Assembly (NCBI RefSeq): GCF_006345805.1
Contig: NW_021835383.1
Location: forward strand, 1 to 64,000
Direction of reading: 5' to 3'
Length of the DNA: 64,000 nt
Source of the DNA: Octopus sinensis
Lineage: Eukaryota
Below, in pieces: positions 1-13,565 of the stretch. A model generated the notes under the pieces. The model worked only from the letters and a program-made list of their open reading frames with translations. It searched no databases and had not been told where the DNA came from. Within the stretch, counting starts at the first letter, position 1. Each line of letters begins with the position of its first letter. Position numbers and translations under genes: made by a program.

Positions 1-173
1 CTACATCCGGCGCTGTGTATGAAGAAATCCTCTGGATGAAGATTTCGCGGTTTAAGTTAAAATTCATTTGAACGTATCTGCCTCACGCCTATTGTCTGTC
101 TGTCCGTCTACCTGTCTGCCTGTCTACCTGTCTGCCTGTCTGTCCATCTGTCTGGCTATCTACCATATGTATC

Positions 174-400
174 TTTTATTCTCTTACTTGTTTCAGTCAT
201 TTGATGGTGGCCATGTTGTAGCACCTCTTTAAAGGGTTTTAGTCGAAGAAATCGATCCCCAGACTTATTCTTTGGAAGCCTGGTACTTATTCTATCGATC
301 GCTTTTGCCGAACCGCTAAGTTACGGGAACATGGACACACCAGCATCCGTTGTCAAGCGATGGTGGGGGTGGTAGTGGGGAACAGAGACAGATGCACACA
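174..400 (-). mobile_element. SINE family B (CORE-like tRNA SINE), 3' half
   Basis: Matches the 3' half of copies at 18304-18781, 29804-30211 and 32841-33210 (cagtcatttgactgcggccatgctggagcacc...tacttattctatcg...gaaccgctaagttacggg). Confidence 0.85.
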
Positions 401-1469
401 CATACATATGCATGTACGCAACACACACACTTTCTTTCATACGCACCCCTGCACATATATCCATATACATACACATGCGTGTGTATGTGTATGTGTGCGT
501 GCGTGTGTGCGCGTGCATGTTTGTATGTGTGTGTGCATGTGCGTGTGCATGTGATGTGCAGAGACTGCTCCAATTTATATTGAAAATGAGAGAAGATACG
601 GGCAAATGAAAATTAAAGCAAACATCTTTTATTTATCAAAATTTGATATGTTCAAATGGAATGTTGGAAATGCGATCTTTTTACTGCCAATCAGGTTTTC
701 AGATTTTAGGGACCAATCTGCAAACTGAGTGACGTAAATTAGCTGTCACGTTGTCAAATTTATCAATTATGACATTCGTAATTCAAACACACAGACACAT
801 GTCTATTTATTTACGACTATATATCAATTTGTCTACCTTTTTGCTTGCTTCTGTTTCTCTCTGTGTGTACATCGACATTTGTGTTTACGATATGTGGATG
901 AGATATCTTAGCAATTAATTAAGTGTAATTAAATCTTAAAATATTTCAATAAGAAGAATTTAGGAACCATCACGTCAGGAGATTTTTGAGCTAATTCACA
1001 AATATCTTGATATTCAATCCATCAGTCGTTTAATTACTAGTCTAACCAAACAGTTGTGATACTCGCAAAATGAAATCGGGCCCCTTCTCGCTAAGATAAT
1101 ATATACAGCAGTTTTAAGCAATGTTAGACAGCAGCTTTTAGTATATTGACATAAAGAGCATAATTGCATGTGCCGTCGTGGAAAAAAAAGCTCCAGTTCC
1201 GCTGCAGCTGTAAATTTTGACATAAAGACACAATTGAGATTCTTGCTATCTGCATGGTAGAACATACAGTTATGTTCTTTGGTGTGCCATTCGACATAAA
1301 ATGTTGCCTCTTCTTACCCAAACTACAGTATCCAAATTAAACTGGACACAATGAGAACATGTTTAATAAGAAGAACAACCATCATACATACTCATTCAAA
1401 TATAACGAAAGAATGAACAATACTAGAATTGAGCTAGATGATCAAAATCTCCATATCGTCTTTGAATGT

Positions 1470-1846
1470 ATCTTGTAGGATAGTGGCATAAATTTAAACC
1501 CTTTCAGAATATGTGGTAACAACATTTGACTGATATTACGATTGGAATGAATACGTCCTTGCGTACGGCCATGTTCTCAGATATGTCTGGGGATACTGAT
1601 ATAACGTTCGACAACTATTCGAGGATTTTTGTCTGGTCAGACTAACTGTTGCCTGCTAAAGTGAGATGTATCACATTGGCTAAACAACATGTCAAGCTGT
1701 TCGTGGGTCTCTTCTAAACTCTGTCCACTATATTTGCTAAACTGGAATCTGATAATGAAGTCAATATTCATGCTAAGCAAGCCACATACCTTCTGCCTTG
1801 CAATAATGGAATCGATTAACCTTTGTGGAATGACTATATAATTTGA
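1470..1846 (-). pseudogene. Possible highly decayed piggyBac-like transposase C-terminus
   Basis: Frame-shifted minus-strand translation gives [19 protein letters not shown]...LHYQIPV*QI*W...LDMLFSQC, loosely resembling piggyBac IPQPxLIxxYNxxMGGVDLxD...RxKKWW...LDxxxxNAW. Weak, many stops. Confidence 0.22.
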
Positions 1847-1874
1847 TTGGCAAATACACACACACACACACATG

Positions 1875-1909
1875 TATATATATATTATATATATATATAT
1901 AATATATAT

Positions 1910-1965
<56 letters not shown>
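1875..1965. repeat. (TA)n microsatellite (one of many in the window)
   Basis: Direct reading. Similar runs at about 3103-3147, 10150-10292, 11166-11350, 24780-24942, 29230-29340, 31730-32048, 37320-37860, 39900-40090, 47530-47680, 53320-53600. Confidence 0.95.
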
Positions 1966-1969
<4 letters not shown>

Positions 1970-2819
1970 TAGAGAGAGGAGAGAGATGTGTATATATATT
2001 ATATATATAATATCTATATATATATGTATACATCCGCAGCGCGCACACCACCTATGTATATGTATGTATGTATATATGTACATATATATATATAATATAT
2101 ATATATATATAATATATATATATATAATATGTATGTATGTATGTATGTATGTATTATGTATGTATGTATGTATGTATATGTGTGTGAGTGTGTGTATGTT
2201 TGTGTTTTGGGGAGTGTGCGCTTAAATATATACTTGTGGTGTATTCCTGTAAAGCAATCCATACCTACATACTTACCTACCTTAACAACTGTGTATGTAT
2301 GTATGTATGTATGTATTTATATATCTGTCTTTGCAGGCAAAATCATATACAGAGCCATATCTATGAAACCACAATATAAATAGTTGTAAATGAGGGAAGT
2401 TGAAAGCTCATATATACCAAACTCAGAGCAGTAAAATTTTAAGACCCCGTACCATAGACGAAACGAATCGGAAGTGAAAATTAGACATACCCATATGCCC
2501 ACTTCGTCCATGTGCTTGATAATAATTTTTAATGCAGCATTAAATATGATGAGGCGCCCTAATATTTCTCTTATTTAGGGTAATTGCTAATTGCTAACTA
2601 TGAAATAACATTTTTAAAACTAAATATCCTATCGAAAGTCATTAGCTTTTTAATTAAATTAGAATTGACCTGCAGGCAATCATCCTATTCTTTCTTTTCC
2701 CTTCCCCTTTCTCTCTGTATGTATATATATATATATGTGTGTGTGTGTGTATACATATATATATATATACACACACATACATACATACATACATACATAC
2801 ATACATACATACTACATAC

Positions 2820-2876
<57 letters not shown>

Positions 2877-3100
2877 ATATATATATTATATATTATACTA
2901 TAATTTTATATTCATCACACACCACACACCCACACATATATATTATAATAAGGGTAGAAATTGATATTAATCAATTAAAACCAGTGGCTTAACATATTAA
3001 AATTAATCCGACGATTACAAATTGTGTTACATACAAAATTAAGAGGAATGACCACTAAAGGGACAGCCTATATGCTAAACATAGACCTCAAATTATAGAC

Positions 3101-3151
<51 letters not shown>

Positions 3152-3192
3152 GAAAATGTTGAAAAGTGTTTATTAAACAAATTCTTTTTTCC

Positions 3193-3440
3193 AGATGAAC
3201 AAAAACTAAGAAATCACAAAATTCCTATCATAGTGCGCGCATTAGGTATGATAAAAGAATATTCAGACAAATACATAAAAACACTAGGACTAACAAGTAT
3301 GTATAACATACACAAAATTGCACTGCTAGGCACCGCACACATCCTACGTAAAACACTTTCAACACTGAAAAAATAAGAGCATCACAACAAACCATGGCAC
3401 ATACAGTGCACACATAGCTGCGCTCGGTAGCGCAGTGAAA
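3193..3440 (+). mobile_element. R4/Dong-type LINE 3' end fragment (same lineage as 6338-8860)
   Basis: Encodes IPIIVRALGMIKEYSDKYIKT...KIALLGTAHILRKTLS; the 3' UTR (gagcatcacaacaaa...gctgcgctcggtag...gtgaaagca) is nearly the same as 8763-8850. Confidence 0.85.
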
Positions 3441-3444
3441 GCAC

Positions 3445-5006
3445 GTGATTACACATTCGTGGATCATCGAGTGCTTAGATCTATTTGGAATTGCGAGGAA
3501 TGTAACGTGTTTGCTGAAGAGAAGTATGGTGGGATGGAGAACTGATATCATACGATAAAAGCTTGGGCACCCGTGTATCAGAAAAGGGATTTTCCAGGTT
3601 GATAGCCTATCTCCGTTGCTTTTCGATCTCTGCATGACATCCCTGACTTTGGTACTCATGAAAATGAACACGGGGTACCAACTAAAGGAAGAATCCCAGA
3701 CAATCAACCACCTCCTCTTCATGGTTGATTTGAAACTGTATAGGAGAGATGAGACACAAGCGAGTTCCTAGGTAAACACGGCCCACTGTTTTAGTACTGA
3801 CAGAATGAAATTTGGATTCAAGAAGTGCTGAATAATCTACCTAAAAAGGGACAAGTTAGAGTCTCTCGCAGGGATAGAATTACCAAATAGAGACTTGATT
3901 AAGCAAATTGAAACGGAAGGATACAAATACCCTGCTGTACTAGAGGTGAACGAGATAATGGAAAAGGAAATGAGAGAGCAACTGAGGTTGGTGCTGCGCT
4001 CAAAACTGACTGGATGGAATAAGATCCATCACTTCGGTATGATGCCGGAATTATAAAATGGCAAAAGAGGGAAATGAAAATCGATACTAAGACCAGAAAA
4101 ATATTGACAGTACACCCTAAGAGTGACACCGATACTTGTTAAGAAGGAAAGGTGGGAGAGGCTTGATCAGTTTCCAGTGCTGTATTGAAGCAGAGGAAAA
4201 CAGCGTAGAGTGGTATATAAGAAATACCGTGAAGCCACAACTGAAACACACAGAGAAGGCTGGCGCCATCAGAACTGAAAATTTTGAAAAAAAAAAAAAT
4301 TTAAACAATAAATGAACAAAAAAGAAAAAAACATGGAAGGAAAAGATAATGTATAGTCAGTTTGCAAGAGATATGAACGCCAAGACAGATACAGAGAACC
4401 AGTAGCTATGGATGAGGAGTGACTTGAAGATAGAAAGAGATGCACTCATATGCGCAGCTCAGGAACAAGCGTTAAGGACCAATTATATGAAGTGCAGAAG
4501 AGACAACGTTATCGATAGCAACAAATACAGAATGTGTGATGAGAGGGGTGAAACGGTATGGCACATCGTTAGCGAATGCCTGAAATTGGCACAACGCGAA
4601 TACAAATGACGCCATGCCAATGTGGCTAGAATGATTACGGTCTACAAAGAGCAAAGACGTGGTAACCAGCAAACCCCAGAAGGAGTCACTGAAAATGAGA
4701 ATTGCAAAATCCAATGGGATGCAATGACCTAGTGCGATCACCTAACCAGACATCGGAAACTGGATATTGTTGTGAACAGAAGAGAAAGATGTATGATTAT
4801 CGACATGCCCCGGTGACAAAAGGATCAATATGAAAGAAGAAATGAAAAGCAACTGTGACGATTTAAATTGGGAAATCCGAAGGTTGTGGTTAATGAAGAG
4901 AGTAGACGTGACACCGATAGTAATTGGTAGACTTGGAAGTATCAGCACTCAACTACCAACATGGCTGAAAAAAATGGAGCAACTGTGAAGGTAGAACACC
5001 TACAAA
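3445..5006 (+). mobile_element. Decayed R4/Dong-type LINE (RT, CCHC knuckle, REL endonuclease), second lineage
   Basis: Frame-broken translation: HSWIIECLDLFGI, KGIFQVDSLSPLLF, INHLLFMVDLKLY, MKFGFKKC, ALICAAQEQALRTNY, RMCDERGETVWHIVSECLKLAQREYK*RHANVA, WEIRRLW..VDVTPIVIGRLGSI. Confidence 0.85.
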
Positions 5007-6035
5007 CGTTTTTGAAAAATCTTTTGAAAATTTTCCCAAAAATTTTTCAAAATTTTCCTCAAAAATTTTCGAAAATTTTCCCCACAAATTTTTTAAAATT
5101 TTCCTCAAAAACTTTTCCTTAAAAATTTTTGAAAATTTTTCCCAAAAATTTTTTGAAATTGTTTTTGAAAATTTTCCTCAAAAATTTTTGAAAATTTTTC
5201 CCAATTGTTTTTGAAAACTTTTTTGAAAATTTTCTTATAATATCTTTAAAAAAATTTTTCCCAAAATTTTGAAACTATTTTGAAAATTTACCTCAAAATT
5301 TTTTAAAATTTTCCCAAAATTTTTGAAAAATTTTTTGAAAATTTAGTTAAAAAATTTTTGAAAAATTTTTTGAAAAATTTTACCCAAATACTTGAAAATT
5401 TTTCCCAAAAATTTTCGAAAAGTTTTCCAAAAAATTTTTTTAAATTGTTTTGAAAATTTTCCCCAAAATTTTTTCAAACAGTTTTTGAAAAATTTTCCCA
5501 AAAATTTTTGAAGAATTTTTTGAAAATTTTTTCTCAAAAATTTTTCAAAAGATTTCAAAAAATTTTTGAAAATTTTCCCCCAAATTTTTGGATATTTTCC
5601 TCAAAAGTTTTCGAAGAATTTTTTGAAAATTTTCCTCAAAAATTTTCAAAAAGTTTTCCAAAAAATTTCTGAAAGATTTTTGGAAAATTTTCCCCCAGAA
5701 TTTTTGAAAAAGTTTTTGAAAATTTTCCTCAAAAATTTTTGAAAAATTGTTTCAAAATTTTCCTTAAAATACTTTTGAAAATTTTTCCCCAAAATTTTTG
5801 AAAAATTTTTTGAAAACTTTCCGCAAAAATTTTCGAAAAATTTTCCCAAAACTTTTGAAAGATTTTTTGAAAATTTTCCTCAAAAATTCTTTCCAAAAAA
5901 TTTTTCAAAAAAATTTTTTTTAAATGTTTTTAAAATTTTCGAAAAATTTTTTGAAAAGTTTCTCAAAGATTTTCGAAAAATTTTTGACAAATTTTTTTGG
6001 CAAATTTGACAAATTTTTAAGGAAAATTTGTGAAT
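5007..6035. repeat. ~1-kb degenerate A-tract/T-tract satellite (units like AAAATTTTTGAAAATTTTCC)
   Basis: Direct reading: continuous alternation of A4-6 and T4-7 tracts with GAAAATTTTC palindromes and short C runs. Confidence 0.9.
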
Positions 6036-6060
6036 TTGCGTGTGTAATCTGGGAATGCAT

Positions 6061-6139
6061 ACAATGAGCTTCTCTGCCCTAGATGTACGGAAAACACCCG
6101 GCGAGAAATGGAAGAAAATTTGAAGAAAGAAGGGAAAAA
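6061..6139 (+). mobile_element. Short 3' tip of a (TAA)n-tailed element (related copy at 22998-23117)
   Basis: tgagcttctctgccctag...acccggcgagaaatggaagaaaatttgaagaaagaag resembles the reverse complement of 22998-23117; both are followed by (AAT)n. Confidence 0.6.
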
Positions 6140-6252
6140 TAATAATAATAATAATCCTCGTTACTAAGGCAGCCGAAATAACGGTACAATGAAAAGAAAT
6201 CAGAAATAATAATAGTAATAATAATAATTATAATAATAATAATAATAATAAC

Positions 6253-6337
<85 letters not shown>

Positions 6338-6340
<3 letters not shown>

Positions 6341-8856
6341 TAGAAGTCACTGCAGCACCAACGGCAGAAGAATTGGAAAAATTCTGGAGAGAAATGTGGT
6401 CGGCGAACGAACAACCAAAAAAAAGGAGTATCAAAATAACAAACTCGGCATCTGAACAACTTTGGACCCCCATAACAACTGAAGAGGTCACCCAGGCACT
6501 GCAAAGACTAATCAACTGGAAGGCACCTGGGCATGACAAGATCCCCAACTTCTGGTTGAAATATCTAACAGGAATGCACAAAAAGCTGGCTGAAAACTTT
6601 AACAACATACTAGCAGAGCCAGAGACAATGCCTGAATGGCTCACGAAGGGGAAAACCATCTTAATTCCCAAATCAAATGAAACAGCAAAACCAGAAAACT
6701 ACAGACCAATAACCTGCCTCCCTACTATGTTCAAGGCATTTACTGCACCTGGACGAAAACAAACTGTTCCCAGAAGAGCAGAAAGGATGCCGCAAAGGCT
6801 CATATGGCTGTAAAGATCAACTAATGATTAATAAAGCCATAACTGAAGACAGCCACAGAAAGAAGAAAGGCCTCAGTATGGCCTTGATTGACTACAAAAA
6901 GGCGTTTGATAGCATCCCCCAAACATGGATCCTCGAAACACTAGCCATTAACGAAGTAGCACCAACAATCATAAAATTCATAGAGCACTCTATGAATAAA
7001 TGGGAAACAGTCCTACACCTCCAAACAAAAGAGGGACTCATGAAAACAAAAGACATCCCCATTAGAAGAGGAATATTCCAGGGAGACACGCTCTCTCCAC
7101 TCCTTTTCTGCTTGGCACTGTCACCTCTATCTGATATACTAAATAGAACTGGATGCGGATATAAATGTTACGGCAAAACGATCAGCCACCTTTTATATAT
7201 GGATGACCTAAAACTATACGCTGCAAATGACAAACAGCTGGAAACACTATTAAAGACAGTTCATGAATTTACCAAAGAAATAGATATGAAATTTGGATTA
7301 GAAAAATGCGCCAAAGTAACCATGAAAAGAGGAAAGCTAGTTAAGAGTAACAACATCACACTAAAACCAATGAAATAAAATAATTAGACCAAAGCCAAAC
7401 TTACAAATACTTAGGAATCCATGAACTAGATAAGACACAACACACACAAATGAAAGAGAAAATAAAAAAAGAATATTATAGACGAGTTAGATCAATACTA
7501 AAAACAGAGCTCAATGCTAAAAACAAGATAATAGGTATCAACACTTTAGCTGTCCCAGTTATAAGTTACAGCTACAATATCCTTAACTGGACACGAAATG
7601 AACTGACCAAAATAGATAGGAAAACAAGAAAAATAATGACAGGATCTAGGATGCATCACCCAAAATCTGACATAGAAAGGCTATATATACAACGTATAGA
7701 AGGTGGTAGAGGCCTTATACAGCTGGAAAACTACTATAAAATAACCACCATAGGACTGCAAAAATATCTACTTCAGAAGGAAGGAAAACTGATCCAGATA
7801 GCGGCAAAACACGAGCAAAACAAAAAACTGTTCTCAGTATTTAAGGAAGCTGACAAATACAAACAAGAAATCATACCACCTAATAAACATGAAGAAGAAG
7901 AAGAAGAAGAAGAAGATGATGAAGAAACAACAAAAGCTATAAAACAAATGAAATCCAAACTAAAAATAGAACAGCAACGAGCCATGTAAAACGATGGCAA
8001 GAAAAGCTCCTTCATGGTAAATACTGGACTAAACTAAACGCAAAAGAAATTGACAAAAAAAAATCTCAGCAATGGTTGAGAAGCTCAGGACTCAAAGCAG
8101 AGACAGAGGGATTTTTAATTGCAGCACAAGACCAAAGTCTCCCCACCAGAAATTACCAAAAACATGTAATGAAAAGAAATATTACAAGTAACTGCAGAAT
8201 ATGTGGAGATGGACAAGAAACAATAAATCATATTATCTCTAGCTGCCCAGTCCTGGCTAAGAAGGAATATATTCACAGACATGACAGAGTTGGAACCTAC
8301 ATACATTGCAAGCTATGCCAACATTATGGAATAACAACAGAAAAAAGATGGTATAGGCACACACCAGAAAAGGTCACAGAAAACGAGAAAGCAACCATAC
8401 TCTGGGATATGCCGATACACACAGATAGAGAAATTAAGGACAACAGACCAGATATAGTTGTCAGAGATCATGAAGAAAAAAAATGCTTTCTAATTGATGT
8501 ATCAATACCGGCAGATAACAACGTGCCTCTAAAAGAAATGGAGAAACTCTCAAAATACAAAGACCTGAAAATAGAGGTAACTAGAATGTGGAATCTGAAA
8601 ACAGAAACAATTCCTATCATAGTAGGTGCATTAGGCATGATAAAAAAATATTCAGAAAAATACATAACAAAAACACCAGGACTTACAAACACATATAACA
8701 TACAGAAAATTGCACTACTAGGCACTGCACACATCCTACGCAGAACACTTTCCATACAATAACCATCAGAGCATCACAACAAATCACAGCACATACCCAA
8801 GGCACACAGAGCTGCGCTCGGTAGTGAAGTGAAAGCATGCTATAAAAATAAAACTA

Positions 8857-8860
<4 letters not shown>
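6338..8860 (+). mobile_element. 5'-truncated R4/Dong-type non-LTR retrotransposon (RT, zinc knuckle, restriction-like endonuclease) inside (TAA)n; about 3 frameshifts
   Basis: ORFs 6373-6813, 6824-7378, 7450-7989, 8076-8762: KAPGHDKIPNFWLK, NYRPITCLPTMFK, IDYKKAFDSIP, RGIFQGDTLSPLLFC, HLLYMDDLKLY, CRICGDGQETINHIISSC, RHDRV, RPDIVV..IDVSIP..KEMEKLSKYKDL. (AAT)n on both sides (6214-6337, 8861-9152). Confidence 0.95.
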
Positions 8861-9153
<293 letters not shown>

Positions 9154-9184
9154 CGCTATAGGAACAAGGTCTGAAATTTGGGAA

Positions 9185-9485
9185 ACGGAGTGTAGTTGAT
9201 TCTAGTTACTGGTATTTATTTTATCAACTCTAAAAAAGTATGAAAGGCAAAGCCGACCTCAGTAGAATTTGAATAATGGTTCCAAATTTGGTACAAGACC
9301 AAAACTTTCTAGGGGAGGTGTGAAGTCGATTACATCGATCCCAGTGTTTAACTGGTACTTATTTTATCGACCCCGAAAAGATGAAAGGTAAAGTGGACTT
9401 CGTCAGAATTTGAACTCAGAACGTAAGGACGGACGAAATGCTTCTAAGCATTTTGCCCAGCGTGCTAACGATTCTGCCAGCTCGA
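9185..9485 (-). mobile_element. SINE family A (tRNA-derived), one near-full copy plus stacked partial
   Basis: Reverse complement reads gagctggcagaatcgttagcacg...ttctgagttcaaattc...ctttcatcttttcggggtcgataaaataagtaccag, with A-box and B-box-like motifs. Confidence 0.85.
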
Positions 9486-9518
9486 TGTCTTAAAGTGAAA
9501 CGTCAAATGGCAGGTTGC

Positions 9519-9519
<1 letters not shown>

Positions 9520-9554
<35 letters not shown>

Positions 9555-9566
9555 GAGAGAGAGAGA

Positions 9567-9625
<59 letters not shown>
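9520..9625. repeat. (GA)n microsatellite
   Basis: Direct reading. Confidence 0.95.
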
Positions 9626-9627
<2 letters not shown>

Positions 9628-10074
9628 AAGTTTCAATGATTTTAGACGGTCCCAAATAATGAACATCAGCCATGACTTTTGTTATTTTAGAGATTGGTCT
9701 CTGGGGTGACTCAAATCGCGTAATATTTTGTTTGTTATTGGGAGAACAAAGAGACAAAAGTTAATATATTTAATAAACTGTTATGAATACTATACCAGAA
9801 GAAATTTCTCTTATTAATGAAATATGTTGTGCTAATTATAATAAAATTGCTCTGGTGACCCATGACAGTATCCCTTGAAGGCGGTGCCTCATAATGGCCG
9901 CATTCCAGTAATTGAAGACAGCAAGCGAATATACATTCCTACCTACCTACATACATACCTACCTACCTACCTACCTACCTACCTACCTACCTATCTACCG
10001 ACAGACCTATCTACCTCCCTATATACAGACGTACATACAAATATATACTCGTCATTCATATATGTATATACGCA

Positions 10075-10141
<67 letters not shown>

Positions 10142-10172
10142 ACATACATACATACATATATTTATATGTATA

Positions 10173-10204
<32 letters not shown>

Positions 10205-10206
10205 CG

Positions 10207-10241
<35 letters not shown>

Positions 10242-10257
10242 TATATATATATACGTA

Positions 10258-10292
<35 letters not shown>

Positions 10293-11166
10293 GGTAAACA
10301 GTAAAAATAATTACAGACATGGACAAGAACATGAAACACCACAGAGACGACACAAGAACCACAGGACGGGACATTCGAAGCCCTCAGTCATCAGTCAAGA
10401 ACCAGATCATCTTAGCAATTTCGGCTGATTAATCTTGAGATTGCTCCGATATGGCCAGCCAGCCAAGGGAAATCTAAGCCAAGCGCATTAGATCCCCTGG
10501 AAGAAAGCTTCGAATGTATACAACGCGAGGACGGAAAACGAACGAAGTACATAAACAAAAATACAGAATACGTGACACCAATAAGAATACAAAAACGTAA
10601 AAACAATAACGGTAAAAATAAAAATAAAAAATAAACAACAAAACAAAACCAGGACGTGGGACAAGGGTCTTTCGACAGGACGAGTTGAGTATGGGGCTGG
10701 CTTGTGAAGTTGTGCCTAATGGCCACGGGGAGACGAACAAATACGTGTTGCTTCTGCGGCTGCTGAAAACGAAAAGAGCGCTCAACGGCGGCTAGCTGTC
10801 ACGTGAGAACAGAAGACAGGAGAAAGGGACAGATGAAAAGAGAGAGAAGGTGGACGAGGGAGGAGAAGAAAGAGACAGATCGAGGGGGCTGGAGGTGAGA
10901 GAGAGAGAAACGTAGAAGGGGGGGGGAGAGACGGATGGAGAGGGAAAGAAAGGAAGGGGAATAAGGGAGGAGAGAGAGAGAGAAAAAGAGACAGATTAAG
11001 AGTCGTATCAATGCTAGAGAAAAAATATACTTATCGTATAAGGTCAATTGTGGATACGTAGCCGCCGATTATATAGGTAAACAGTAAAAATAATTACAGA
11101 CATGGACAAGAACATGAAACACCACAGAGACGACACAAGAACCACAGGACGGGACATTCGAAGCCC
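10293..11166 (-). mobile_element. Unclassified ~783-bp unit with ~91-bp direct terminal redundancy, between (TA)n runs
   Basis: ggtaaacagtaaaaataattacagacatgg...gggacattcgaagccc occurs at 10293-10383 and 11076-11166. A related fragment lies at about 37545-37645. Strand is inferred. Confidence 0.7.
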
Positions 11167-11272
11167 ATATATATAATATATACATATATATATACATGTA
11201 TATATATAATATATACATATATATATACATATATAATATATACATATATATACATATATAATATATACATAC

Positions 11273-11358
<86 letters not shown>

Positions 11359-11759
11359 GTAAAATATACATATATACATATACAGAGAGACAGTGAGGGG
11401 GAGAGATAGATAGAAAGAGAAAGAGAGATGGAGGCGTGAGAAGAATTTATAGATAGACAGACCGACAGACAGACCGTTAGATATAGAAATAGTCACAAGA
11501 GATGCAGAGAAGCAAAGTGGTGAAGAGAGCCGAGTAGGTAGAATTAAAAATATGTCGTCCATTAAGTGGTGGCAATGTAAATTGCTACAATTGTTAATTG
11601 TGCTAAACTAACATCTGCAAGCTGTTTAATTGGATGTGAAGTTCGTCCTTCCACTCGCTCTTTCTACATTTAATGACTCATCATTTCAGTTAAGGCTGGG
11701 AACTTCTACATTCTAATATAACTACCTTGTTAGAATTGTTGTTGCCGTTGTTGGCGTTG

Positions 11760-12140
11760 CTGTTGTAGTTGTTGGTGGTGGCCTTGGTGATGTTATTGTT
11801 GGTGGTGGCGTCGGTGATGGTATTGTTGGCGATGTTGTTGGTGGTGGCGTTGGTGATATTGTTGTTGGTGGTGGCGTTGGCGATGTTGTTGTTGGTGGTG
11901 ATGTTGGTGATGTTGTTGTTGTTGGTGGCGTTGTTGATGTCATTGTTGGTGGTGGCGTTGGTGATATTGTTGTTGGTGGTGGCGTTGGTGATGTTATTGT
12001 TGGTGGTGGCGTTGGCGATGTTGTTGTTGGTGGTGGCGTTGGTGATGTTATTGTTGGTGGTGGCGTTGGCGATGTTGTTGTTGGTGGTGGCGTTGGCGAT
12101 GTTGTTGTTGGTGGTGGCGTTGGTGATGTTATTATTGGTG
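11760..12140. repeat. 27-bp minisatellite (ttgttggtggtggcgttggtgatgttg)n, about 13 copies
   Basis: Direct reading; accounts for the LLVVALVML and TSPTPPPTT repeat ORFs. Confidence 0.85.
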
Positions 12141-12618
12141 ATGCTGGTTGTGGTGGCAGTATTGCTGTATCTCTAATCGTAGTTATTGTTTTTGGTGCTC
12201 TTGGTTGTGGTGGCAGTGTCGTCGTAGTTGGGGTGGTAGTTTCATTCTTATTATTGCTGTTGATGTCATTGTTGCTGACGTTAATTGTGGTAGCAATGTT
12301 GTAGTTATTAATGTTGTTGCTAATGATGCGAGTTGCGGTGTCAGTGTTGTAGTCATTTTTGCTGGTAATGAAGGTAATGTTGTTAGTGGTGTGCTGATAG
12401 TGTTATAGTTGTTGCTGGTATAGGTGATGCTGGTTGCGGATGTAGTACTGTAGTCGTTATAGCTGTAGTTGTTGTTGTTGTTTCTGGTGGTGGTAGTGAT
12501 TTTGGTGATGGTGACAGTGTTATGATTATTGTTGTTCATGATACTGGCATTGTTGCAGCTATTGTTTGTGTTAGTGTTGTAGTAGTAGTTTCCGGTCGTA
12601 TTGGTGTTGTTAGTGACA

Positions 12619-12845
12619 TTGGTAGAAACTTTAGCACGCCGGGCGAAATCCTTAGCGGTATTTCGTCTGCCGCTACGTTCTGAGTTCAAATTCCGCCGAG
12701 GTCGACTTTGCCTTTCATCCTTTCGGGGTCGATAAATTAAGTACCACTTACGCACTGGGGTCGATGGAATCGACTTAATACATATGTCTGTCCTTGTTTG
12801 TCCTCTCTATGTTTAGCCCCTTGTGGGTAATAAAGAAATAGGTAT
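12619..12845 (+). mobile_element. SINE family A, long-tail subfamily
   Basis: ttagcacgccgggcgaaat...gagttcaaattccgccgaggtcgactttgcc...tttagccccttgtgggtaataaagaaataggtat. Confidence 0.9.
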
Positions 12846-13129
12846 AATACCAAGGTCACTTGTTGTGGTGGTGTGTTGTGGTTGGTACTAGTAGTAGTAT
12901 TGTAATTGTCATTGCAGGTAACGTTGTGGGTGTTGTTACTGGTAATAGAATTTGTCCTGTGCATTTGCTCGGAAGGAGGGGATGTAAGAGATGCAACTGG
13001 GCTCTTTAAACTTTTGTAGGTGGCGTTGAAAATATTTTGAATATGATCTTGAAAAACTTCATTGCCACAAGGAGCAAGCTTATATATTTTTTTTAAAAGT
13101 GATGTGAGAAATTATCTTTCCATCATTAG

Positions 13130-13545
13130 ATTTATCTTGTTTGATTGATAAGAAAACATGCTCTGCTGGATCATAGATATAGCATGCCCAGCTGACAACA
13201 AGGTATGTGATAAGGAAGAAAGAAAAGTTGAGAGATATGGCTGGTTAGCTTGGGAAGTTAAGAAGTTGTGATCGATAAAAAAGGTAGCAGTAGTACCAAT
13301 AATTGTCGGAACCCTGCGAACAGTGAACAAAAATCTCGAGAAGTACGTGAAACAAATAGGAGCTGCAATAAGGGTGGAATACTTGCAGAAAGCAGCACTG
13401 CTTGGAACCGCTCGAATACTCCGGATTGTGCTCGAAAAATAAGGGGTGTTACCTTAGTTCAGTTGAAGCAAACAGCTGACACCGTAGTACATCTCCAGCG
13501 TTAGAAGCTGTAGAAAGACAATATAATAATAATGATAATAATAAC
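13130..13545 (+). mobile_element. R4/Dong-type LINE 3' end (REL C-terminus, 3' UTR, TAA tail), third lineage
   Basis: WIIDIACPADNKVCDKEERKVERYGWLAWEVKKL*..VVPIIVGTL..KAALLGTARILRIVLEK*, then UTR and aataataat tail. Confidence 0.85.
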
Positions 13546-13565
13546 AGTAATTATTATTATTTTTT

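Noticed and set aside
10370-10460. Hammerhead on the minus strand (CTGATGA, ccGAAA)
   Set aside because: Stems II and III cannot be closed in type I, II or III topology, so no ribozyme is called.
11722-12755. Mucin-like Thr/Pro-rich or Leu/Val-rich membrane protein ORFs
   Set aside because: Products of a 27-bp minisatellite and decayed trinucleotide repeats; the longest ORF starts inside a SINE; no splice or domain support.
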